64,000 nt of DNA. Source: an uncultured archaeon (GTDB lineage: Archaea > Altiarchaeota > Altiarchaeia > JAFGQM01). Position numbers and translations under genes: made by a program. The notes below the pieces were generated by a model. It searched no databases. It was not told where the DNA came from and was given only the letters and a program-made list of their open reading frames with translations. Below, in pieces: positions 56,868-64,000 of this stretch. Each line of letters opens with the position of its first letter. Position 1 is the stretch's first letter. The stretch is from positions 13,007 through 77,006 of the forward strand of contig CAZQBY010000006.1 in the NCBI GenBank assembly GCA_964592405.1, written 5' to 3'.

Positions 56868-57446
56868 ATGGCGAGACCTACAAAAAGGGGCAAGGCAATA
56901 GACAAATGGAAACTGAAGAAGAGGTTTGAGGTAGTTGCACCAGAGATATTCAATAATGTCCCGGTTGGTCCGATATTTGCGAGGGAGGCTGCAGCTCTGG
57001 AGGGAAGGACCGTATATACAACTCTCAGCAAGCTCGTCAATTCAAACCAGCATCACATCAAGATAAAACTGCGCGTTACCGGAACACAGGGTTTCACGGC
57101 TCTCACCATGGTGAAGGAGGTTGAACTTGCACGCGCTTACATAAACTCCCAAACAAGTGTCGGAAGAGAAACCATAGAGAATGTGGTGGATGTGATAACT
57201 ACTGATGGCAGAAAGGTCCGCATCAAGACCATAATCTTCACAAAGAAGAAATGCCACTCGGACCAGAAGAAGGCTTTACGCAAACTGGCCGAAGAACTCA
57301 TCAGGACTGGTGTCCGGAAGATGGATTATGACAGGCTTGTCCAAGAGGTCGTATTTGGCAAGCTCGGATCCCTGATATTCAACAAGGGGAAGAAGATAGT
57401 TCCCATTAGCCGGGTTGAGATTCGCAAGCTGGAGCTGCTTTCATAA
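56868..57446 (+). CDS. rps3ae: 30S ribosomal protein S3Ae (eS1)
   Basis: DKWK.KK..EVVAP..F, GRTV, C-terminal P..RVEIRKLE. Confidence 0.92.
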   Translation: MARPTKRGKAIDKWKLKKRFEVVAPEIFNNVPVGPIFAREAAALEGRTVYTTLSKLVNSNQHHIKIKLRVTGTQGFTALTMVKEVELARAYINSQTSVGRETIENVVDVITTDGRKVRIKTIIFTKKKCHSDQKKALRKLAEELIRTGVRKMDYDRLVQEVVFGKLGSLIFNKGKKIVPISRVEIRKLELLS

Positions 57447-57496
57447 TCTCCCTGCATCCAAATTCTCTGCAGATTCTCCGGCCGGAATCCAAAAAC

Positions 57497-58363
57497 ATGA
57501 AAAAACTTCAGAACGCCTTGGTGGTCACAGGGATAGTGCTTTTCCTTCTGGTCGGAATAGCCATGTTGCTGTTTTTGTTCACGGATGTCTTTTTTTGGTA
57601 TGGGGATACCATAGCAGTTATAGGCCTTAGTGGCGACATATCCGGTCCACAGGCCATAAGAAACGCATTTGATGAGGCACTGGAGGACCAGAGCGTTGTT
57701 GGAGTCATATTATACATCAATTCCGCCGGAGGAGGCATCATCGAGACAAAAGAGATCGCAAGCTCGCTGGCAAAACTGGCCGAGGTCAAACCCGTAGTTG
57801 CATATATTGCAGATGTTGGCGCTTCCGGAGCTTATTATATTGCAACCTTTGCTGATTATATCATGGCTGATGAGAACTCTCTCATCGGAGGAATAGGGGT
57901 AATTTCTACATGTACCATCTACAAAGACCTGCTTGAGGAGAAGCTTGGCATAAACACTACAGTCATCAAATCCGGAAAGTTCAAGGATATCGGTTCCCCA
58001 TATCGCCCAATGACACAGGAGGAAAAGGAGCGGCTGCAGGAGATTGTGGATACCGTCAACAGGAGGTTTACGAATGCAATAGCCACCCGCAGGGGGCTCT
58101 CCAAATCTGCACTGGAGAGGATAAGCACTGCGGACATCTTTCTTGGTGATGAAGCGATGGAAATGGGGCTTGTGGACTATCTCGGTGGATTTGATGATGC
58201 CGTTGGGCTTGTGCGCCGGCTGTCCCATAATGAATTTGCAGAGGCCCGCTTCATTGAGCTGGATGATTATCAGGAAGCCGGCATGTATTATGAAATAGGT
58301 CGCGGCCTTGGCGATGCGCTTGCAAACAGAATAGACTTCTCAGACATGCCCCTGAGGGTCTGA
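57497..58363 (+). CDS. sppA: Signal peptide peptidase SppA (S49)
   Basis: INSAGG, KPVVA, GASGAYYIA, GGIGV, KSGKFKD. Confidence 0.92.
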   Translation: MKKLQNALVVTGIVLFLLVGIAMLLFLFTDVFFWYGDTIAVIGLSGDISGPQAIRNAFDEALEDQSVVGVILYINSAGGGIIETKEIASSLAKLAEVKPVVAYIADVGASGAYYIATFADYIMADENSLIGGIGVISTCTIYKDLLEEKLGINTTVIKSGKFKDIGSPYRPMTQEEKERLQEIVDTVNRRFTNAIATRRGLSKSALERISTADIFLGDEAMEMGLVDYLGGFDDAVGLVRRLSHNEFAEARFIELDDYQEAGMYYEIGRGLGDALANRIDFSDMPLRV

Positions 58364-58433
58364 GTGGCAATCTCCCTATCTTTTGATTTTTATATGCCCA
58401 TATACAAACATAACCCACGACTATAATGGCAAA

Positions 58434-58625
58434 ATGGGCAGGGTAAAGACCAGGAACGTCAAAAGAATCGCAGAGGAGTTAGTGAAGGAGTATCCGGATG
58501 AATTCAGCGAGGACTTCAACAAGAACAAGCTGAAGGTTGCAGAACTCACAGTGGTCCAGAGCAAGTCCCTCAGGAACAAGATAGCCGGCCACATAGTAGC
58601 GATAAAAAAGAGGGTTGTGGACTAA
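58434..58625 (+). CDS. rps17e: 30S ribosomal protein S17e
   Basis: MGRVKT..VKR, F..DF..NK, SK.LRNKIAG. Confidence 0.95.
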   Translation: MGRVKTRNVKRIAEELVKEYPDEFSEDFNKNKLKVAELTVVQSKSLRNKIAGHIVAIKKRVVD

Positions 58626-58680
58626 GCTTTTTCTACATCATTCCTAAATCCTGAGCATACAATACGGGGAAACGAACAAG

Positions 58681-59223
58681 ATGTGGATACTTGGTGTAAT
58701 ACTGCACGCGCTGTATTATATAAGCCCTGCATATTGTGCAAATGCGTTTGCAGTCTTTGGATTTGGGCCTCCGGTTGATGGGGGCAGGAGCTGGAGAGGG
58801 AAGCGCATTCTGGGCGATGGCAAGACGTGGGGCGGGCTTCTCATAGGCACCACAGCCGGAACCCTTTTTGGTCTGATGTGGTATCTCCTTTCCCAGTCCG
58901 GCCCGCTGGCCCAAGTTTACTATAACGTCTTTGACTTCAGGATCCCCGACCCGCTTTTTGGCATGTATCTGGCTTTGGGCGCCCTTGCCGGCGACATGAC
59001 TGCCAGCTTTGTAAAGCGCAGGCTTGGCATAGAGCGCGGCAGACCGCTGTGGGGGGTTGACCAGCTGGACTTTGTTTTCGGGGCATTGGCTATTGCTTAT
59101 CTCTTCGTGCCGACCTTCATAATACCAGAGGAATTCATTGCCCTGTTAATCATCACGCCACTCATGCACCTTGCAGGCAACCAGATAGCCTATCTATCGA
59201 ACCGAAAGAAGGAGAGGTGGTAA
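58681..59223 (+). CDS. carS: CDP-archaeol synthase
   Basis: PAYCAN, PVDGG..W.GKRILGDGKTW, GDM.ASFVKRR, DQLDF. Confidence 0.94.
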   Translation: MWILGVILHALYYISPAYCANAFAVFGFGPPVDGGRSWRGKRILGDGKTWGGLLIGTTAGTLFGLMWYLLSQSGPLAQVYYNVFDFRIPDPLFGMYLALGALAGDMTASFVKRRLGIERGRPLWGVDQLDFVFGALAIAYLFVPTFIIPEEFIALLIITPLMHLAGNQIAYLSNRKKERW

Positions 59224-59242
59224 CTGGGAGTTAGACCTGAGT

Positions 59243-59644
59243 TTATGTCCAAGGTGGAAACTTGCCGACAAGGGTAGACCAGATTAGGATTATTGCGATA
59301 ATTATTGCTATCAGGGAGAACACACCAAGGTTTAGGATAACGCTTCTTCCACTTTTCACTATAAGCCGTCCACCTCTAACGTAGATTCTCATTCTTTCTT
59401 GTTCTCCCTCTTCTCTTGACTCAACATCAGGACAATTACCAGTATAGTAAGAAAAATCGTGAATATTACCAGTATCTTGAGTGGTTAGACTATTGGCCCC
59501 AAGTCGGGGGAGATTGGCAACCAATTGTAAAGGAATGACAAAGCCTGGATAGCTATGGCAATACTGACTAAAATCGTTATTGCAAAAACAAGACGATTGT
59601 TTTTCAGACTCTCCAAGTCCATGCTTAATATATTGATTAGCCAT
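59243..59644 (-). CDS. Hypothetical protein with C-terminal TM, cargo-like
   Basis: AT-rich ORF preceded by an AGGAGG Shine-Dalgarno sequence. Confidence 0.5.
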   Translation of the reverse strand: MANQYIKHGLGESEKQSSCFCNNDFSQYCHSYPGFVIPLQLVANLPRLGANSLTTQDTGNIHDFSYYTGNCPDVESREEGEQERMRIYVRGGRLIVKSGRSVILNLGVFSLIAIIIAIILIWSTLVGKFPPWT

Positions 59645-59661
59645 TAAAAACCTCCTACCCC

Positions 59662-59717
59662 GACTTTATGAGCAAAATTTAGACTTTATGAGCAGGCGAG
59701 ACTTTTTTAGCAAAGCC
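59662..59717. mobile_element. Isolated right end of a related element: subterminal GACTTTATGAGCA repeats ending in AGCAAAGCC
   Basis: Matches 61297-61313 (ACTTTATTAGCAAAGCC); 9 bp from the next left end. Confidence 0.55.
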
Positions 59718-59878
59718 GTGCCGTTGGGCTTTGCTCCTTTTTAGCTGTCTGCTCCTTTTTGGGTGGTGAGTTTGCTCCTTTTTAGGATAAGTTACTCCCA
59801 AAGCTTCCAAACAATAGTGTCTATCTCGTTTTGAATTTTTACATTGACACAGACTTCCTTACTTTTAAGAAGTTGTAG

Positions 59879-60067
59879 GTGGATAGCCTAACATCCTCCT
59901 CTGTCGAAACAGTCTTCCAGATGATTAAGGCCAACCTCGAGGATAAGCTAAAGTCAAAGAAGAAGGTCGCTCAGAGGAACGAGCTGCTGTGTAAGCTGAT
60001 ATGCCACAACGTTGTGGTCTTGATACATGAAATGCATGAATGGGAGATAAATCCCCAATTTAATTAA
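59879..60067 (+). pseudogene. C-terminal remnant of a DDE (IS5-like) transposase
   Basis: SSVETVFQMIK..LKSK..AQRNELLCKLICHN resembles the catalytic-Glu helix and C-terminus of archaeal IS5-like transposases. Confidence 0.75.
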
Positions 60068-60105
60068 AAGCTCAAGTTTTTTTACTAGTTCCATCATAAT
60101 TAAGT

Positions 60106-60600
60106 ATGATTGAGAGGGAAAAGTACTATAACATTATTCTCTACTTCGCAGACAAGATACAAAATAACACACTGGGAAAAGTAAAATTAATGAAATTGCT
60201 CTATTATTTGGACTTTGATTTCTTTGAGAAATATGGAAAACCCGTCACAAACGATTCTTATGTTAGATTGCCGTTAGGTCCAGTTCCTAGATCCGCTGAT
60301 AAAATCATAGATGAAATGAAGAGTAAGGGGCTAATTAAGGTATGTCGCCAAAAAATCTCAGAAGATATGAACGATAGGCAATTAGTTGTGGGTTTAAAGA
60401 AGCCAGATTTAAAGGTCTTCAGTTCTGAAGAGATGGAAATGTTAAATATTATTGTCTCAAAATGGGAAAAGTTCAGTGGCAAAGAGATGAAGGACGCCAG
60501 CCACGGAGAAGCCCCTTGGATAGCTACAAAACCTAATTGCGTGATTGACTACAACCTAGCCTATTACAGGAACAAATACAACGAGATGGAAGCCATATAA
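60106..60600 (+). CDS. Panacea (DUF4065/SocA) domain antitoxin
   Basis: KLMKLLYYLD, Y.RLPLGPVP, SHGEAPW. Confidence 0.88.
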   Translation: MIEREKYYNIILYFADKIQNNTLGKVKLMKLLYYLDFDFFEKYGKPVTNDSYVRLPLGPVPRSADKIIDEMKSKGLIKVCRQKISEDMNDRQLVVGLKKPDLKVFSSEEMEMLNIIVSKWEKFSGKEMKDASHGEAPWIATKPNCVIDYNLAYYRNKYNEMEAI

Positions 60601-60609
60601 GAGTGGAAA

Positions 60610-60957
60610 GTGATTAGACGGCACAAAGATATAGAAAAGGATTTAAAAATCCTTAGTAAAAAGTCCAAAGCCCCCAGAGAGAGTCTTGAAGCATGGGAGA
60701 GATTATTTGAAACAAAAGGGCTCTCCGAAACTCCTGCCATTGAAAGATACCCTGGATTCGGCAAGCATGAGGTCTATAAGGCAAGGGTAGTGCCGTTAAA
60801 AGAAAATTGTGGCAAATCAAAAGGCTATAGGGTCGTATTTGAAAAACGCGGGGCAGACTACATCATACTCTGTTTCTCAAGACATGGCATATACAAACGC
60901 GAGCAAGACTTGATTAATATGACGAAGTCCAGGATAATGAGCTTTGAGACGACTTAA
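60610..60957 (+). CDS. RelE-superfamily toxin
   Basis: Basic 115-aa protein with VYKARV and GKSKGYRVVF, directly after the antitoxin. Confidence 0.72.
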   Translation: MIRRHKDIEKDLKILSKKSKAPRESLEAWERLFETKGLSETPAIERYPGFGKHEVYKARVVPLKENCGKSKGYRVVFEKRGADYIILCFSRHGIYKREQDLINMTKSRIMSFETT

Positions 60958-60978
60958 ATCTAAAAAGTAAAGACATAG

Positions 60979-61110
60979 TTACCAGCACATAACCCCCTCC
61001 GAACAAGCTCCAGATAAAATAAGATAGAGCAGTATTGCTGACATTATGATTACAAAAAGTATTATCAATATCACATCCTTTGATAGCTTACTCTTCTTCT
61101 TTCTCGGCAT
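60979..61110 (-). CDS. 43-aa single-TM peptide
   Basis: MPRKKKSKLSKDVILIILFVIIMSAILLYLILSGACSEGVMCW, preceded by GGGGGA. Confidence 0.45.
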   Translation of the reverse strand: MPRKKKSKLSKDVILIILFVIIMSAILLYLILSGACSEGVMCW

Positions 61111-61274
61111 TTGAAGTTCCCCCATCTATTCTACCTTTAATGTCAATAATTTCATGGATTGTCCATATAGACAGGCCCACCCATGCTATTAGAAAAACCC
61201 CTAATATTAGGTATACTTGCTCTGCTCCTTGTAACAAGAAAATTACTACAGCTGCAAAAATGCCCCATCCTGCT
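61089..61274 (-). pseudogene. 5'-truncated membrane-protein fragment
   Basis: Reading frame AGWGIFAAVVIFLL..LILGVFLIAWVGLSIW..EKEEE* with no ATG, beginning at the subterminal repeat. Confidence 0.35.
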
Positions 61275-61419
61275 CATATAGTCTACTCATAAGCCTACTT
61301 TATTAGCAAAGCCCACGGCACAATACCTTTTTATAACCCATGCTTCTAATTAACCGCTTTTTTCTATGGGATCTAGTGCAGACCGCGAGGTTTGTCTAGT
61401 CTATTTTTGATACTAAAAA

Positions 61420-61848
61420 ATGGGAAACGGCGAGTTTGCTGCCAAGAAGCTTGAGGACAAGAGAAGAAAATTCCGGTGGTATGATGAGCCCTATATGAGG
61501 CGTGAGCGCAGGCTCAAGGAGAAGCACGATCCTCTGAGGGGCAGGAGTCAGGCCAAGGGCATAGTGCTGGAAAAGGTTGGAATAGAGGCCAAGCAACCAA
61601 ACTCTGCCATCAGAAAATGCGTCAAGATACAGCTTATCGGAACCGGCCGGCAGATAACCGCATTTGCCCCCCGCAATCATGCAATAACGTTTATAGATGA
61701 GCACGATGAGGTTTTGGTTGAGGGAATCGGCGGTAGAAAGGGCCGCTCTTATGGCGACATTCCCGGCGTAAGATACAAGGTCATAAAGGTCAATAACCAA
61801 TCCCTCCTACAGCTTGTCAGAGGGAAGGCCGAGAAGGCGAGGAAATAA
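61420..61848 (+). CDS. rps12: 30S ribosomal protein S12 (uS12)
   Basis: [22 protein letters not shown]. Confidence 0.98.
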   Translation: MGNGEFAAKKLEDKRRKFRWYDEPYMRRERRLKEKHDPLRGRSQAKGIVLEKVGIEAKQPNSAIRKCVKIQLIGTGRQITAFAPRNHAITFIDEHDEVLVEGIGGRKGRSYGDIPGVRYKVIKVNNQSLLQLVRGKAEKARK

Positions 61849-61850
61849 GA

Positions 61851-62459
61851 ATGGAGGGTATCAAACTATTCGGGCGCTGGGATTTTGATGCCGAGGTAGT
61901 TGACCCGGGTCTGCGGACATACATAAATCTTACACCGGTTCTGGCTCCCCATACCGGTGGAAAGCACTCAAAAAAACGCTTCTGGAAGGCTGAGAAGGTG
62001 TCAATTGTCGAGCGCCTGATAAACAAGGTAATGAGGAGCGGTGCTGGCTCCAAGAAGTTTTCCGGCAAGTATCTGAGGGGCGGTGGCGCCACAGGCAAGA
62101 AGAATCTGGCGACAAGGATTGTGGAGAGGGCCTTTGAGCTGATAGAGAAGCGCACCGGCAGGAACCCCATACAAGTCTTTGTGGATGCCATACAGAATGG
62201 GGCACCAAGAGAGGAGACCACATCCATAATTTACGGCGGCGTCCAGTACCATCAGGCTGTGGACATCTCTCCAATGCGGCGCATCGACATGGCGCTCAAG
62301 AATCTGGTCGTAGCAGCCTATGCCAATTCCTTCAACAACAAGACCAGTATTGAGGAATCTCTGGCCAATGAGATAATCGGGGCGGCCAATAACGATCCAA
62401 AATCGTTTGCAATCAAAAAGAAGGAGGAGATGGAGAGGATAGCAAAGTCCTCAAGATAA
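61851..62459 (+). CDS. rps7: 30S ribosomal protein S7 (uS7)
   Basis: LFGRW, IVERLINK, NPIQV..AI.N..PREE, AVDISP.RR. Confidence 0.97.
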   Translation: MEGIKLFGRWDFDAEVVDPGLRTYINLTPVLAPHTGGKHSKKRFWKAEKVSIVERLINKVMRSGAGSKKFSGKYLRGGGATGKKNLATRIVERAFELIEKRTGRNPIQVFVDAIQNGAPREETTSIIYGGVQYHQAVDISPMRRIDMALKNLVVAAYANSFNNKTSIEESLANEIIGAANNDPKSFAIKKKEEMERIAKSSR

Positions 62460-62510
62460 TCTACAGGATATAAATCAGGATATAAAAACAGATATAAACT
62501 GCGATACAAG

Positions 62511-64000
62511 ATGGGCCGACGGGAACAGATGGTGGAAAAGGTCACAAAACTTATGAAGAAGAAGGACAGGATAAGGAATATGGGAATTGCTGCACACATA
62601 GACCATGGCAAGACTACACTGTCTGACAACCTTCTCTCCGGATGTGGCATAATCTCGGAGGAACTCTCTGGCAAGCAGCTGTATATGGACTACGATGAGC
62701 AGGAACAGGCGAGGGGTATAACAATCAACGCTGCCAATGTATCAATGGTCCATGAATACAAGGATGAGGAATACCTCATCAATCTGATAGATACGCCCGG
62801 CCACGTTGATTTCTCCGGAGATGTAACGCGTGCCATGCGGGCCGTGGACGGAGCCATAATAGTGGTCTGTGCAGTGGAGGGCGTCATGCCCCAGACAAAA
62901 ACAGTAATCGGGCAGGCCCTCAAGGAGAAGGTCAAACCTCTCCTGTTCATCAACAAGGTGGACCGCATGATAAATGAGCTCAAACTTACGCCTGAGGCCA
63001 TGCAGGAGAGGTTCATGAAGATAATAAGGGAGGTCAACCGCCTCATCACCAATATGGCACCCGAGGAGTTCAAGAAGGAATGGCTCGTGGATGTAAAGAC
63101 CGGCAGAGTCGCTTTTGGCTCTGCTTACAACAACTGGGCCACCTCCATACCCTATATGGAGAAGGCCGGGATAAATTTTAAGGACATCATAGATTACTGC
63201 AATCAGGACAGGCAGAAGGAACTGGCCAAGAAGACCCCCCTCCATGAGGTCCTGCTGGATATGGTAGTAAGGCATCTTCCAAGCCCTCTGGAAGCCCAGA
63301 AATACAGGGTGCCCAACATCTGGCATGGCGACATGGAGAGCGAGATAGGTCAGGCCATGCAGAACTGCGATGACAGCAGTAAACTGGCAATGATGGTAAC
63401 AAAGATAATAGTGGACCCTCAGGCAGGCGAGATAACCACCGGCAGGATATTTTCAGGGACACTAAAGCGGGGAATGGAGGTTTACTCCAATGGGTCCAAA
63501 CAGACAATGCGGGTTCAGCAGCTTGGTGTTTACATGGGTGCTGAGAGGATAAACGTCGATGAACTGAGTGCCGGCAACATAGCAGCCATATCCGGCCTGA
63601 AGAGCACCTTTGCAGGTGATACACTCAGCTCAGAGCCCATGGAGCCCTTTGAATCAATCAAGCACTTCTCCGAGCCTGTTGTGACAAAGGCAATAGAGCC
63701 AAAGAACCCTGCTGATCTGCCAAAGCTCATTGAAGTCATGAGATCCATGGCAAAGGCAGACCCAACGCTGCAGGTTACAATTGATGAGGAGACAGGCGAA
63801 TATCTCATTTCCGGCATGGGCGAACTCCATCTGGAGATTGTGGAGTATCGCATAAAGAATGAGAGGGGCGTTGATATAAAGAGCAGTAATCCTATAGTGG
63901 TCTACAGGGAGACAGTTACAAAAAAGAGCAGCGAGATGCACGGAAGAAGCCCAAACAAGCACAACGACTTCTTCCTGGTGGTTGAGCCGCTGGAGGATGC
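62511..64000 (+). CDS. fusA: Elongation factor 2 (runs off the window end)
   Basis: [34 protein letters not shown]; missing from the ORF track because it has no stop in the window. Confidence 0.97.
   Translation, partial: MGRREQMVEKVTKLMKKKDRIRNMGIAAHIDHGKTTLSDNLLSGCGIISEELSGKQLYMDYDEQEQARGITINAANVSMVHEYKDEEYLINLIDTPGHVDFSGDVTRAMRAVDGAIIVVCAVEGVMPQTKTVIGQALKEKVKPLLFINKVDRMINELKLTPEAMQERFMKIIREVNRLITNMAPEEFKKEWLVDVKTGRVAFGSAYNNWATSIPYMEKAGINFKDIIDYCNQDRQKELAKKTPLHEVLLDMVVRHLPSPLEAQKYRVPNIWHGDMESEIGQAMQNCDDSSKLAMMVTKIIVDPQAGEITTGRIFSGTLKRGMEVYSNGSKQTMRVQQLGVYMGAERINVDELSAGNIAAISGLKSTFAGDTLSSEPMEPFESIKHFSEPVVTKAIEPKNPADLPKLIEVMRSMAKADPTLQVTIDEETGEYLISGMGELHLEIVEYRIKNERGVDIKSSNPIVVYRETVTKKSSEMHGRSPNKHNDFFLVVEPLED

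Larger units (their letters stand above)
59727..61313. mobile_element. Non-autonomous IS5-like cargo element bounded by inverted repeats GGCTTTGCT/AGCAAAGCC
   Basis: Terminal inverted repeats; three subterminal TGCTCCTTTTT repeats; transposase remnant; AT-rich cargo. Confidence 0.65.

Noticed and set aside
59662-59790. CRISPR mini-array or replication origin
   Set aside because: Repeats and spacers are too short, there is no ORB motif or cdc6, and transposon ends explain the repeats better.

Overview
Archaeal chromosomal DNA: histone, CarS, eS1, eS17, GatD, aMBF1 and archaeal LeuRS/AlaRS/EF-2, with TGA used as a normal stop. A DPANN-type lineage with relatively rich biosynthesis is inferred but not proven. 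Positions 1-26 kb hold a co-oriented cluster of giant Cys-rich, membrane-anchored surface proteins. They share an acidic N-terminal leader plus a TM helix and Ig/prealbumin-like repeats, and several add dockerin-like Ca loops and MopE-like motifs. The cluster surrounds a class III (pilin-like) signal-peptide gene and secF-secD. The first paralog has a Hint (intein-like) domain in front of a releasable C-terminal domain. The second is split by an in-frame 198-bp insert in the middle of a dockerin and ends in a different tail at the same junction. The rest is mostly housekeeping: gatD, split metE, thyX, tyrA, pheA, alaS, leuS with an SPDQQ repeat insertion, argJBD, rps15-serS-rps3ae, rps17e, carS and rps12-rps7-EF-2. 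Also present are tRNA-Gln with a palindromic 3'-end duplication, a 16S-mimicking rps15 leader, a 38-aa Pcc1-like micro-ORF, and a small IS5-like-ended cargo element carrying a Panacea/RelE toxin-antitoxin pair. All assignments come from motif recognition by eye; no searches were run.
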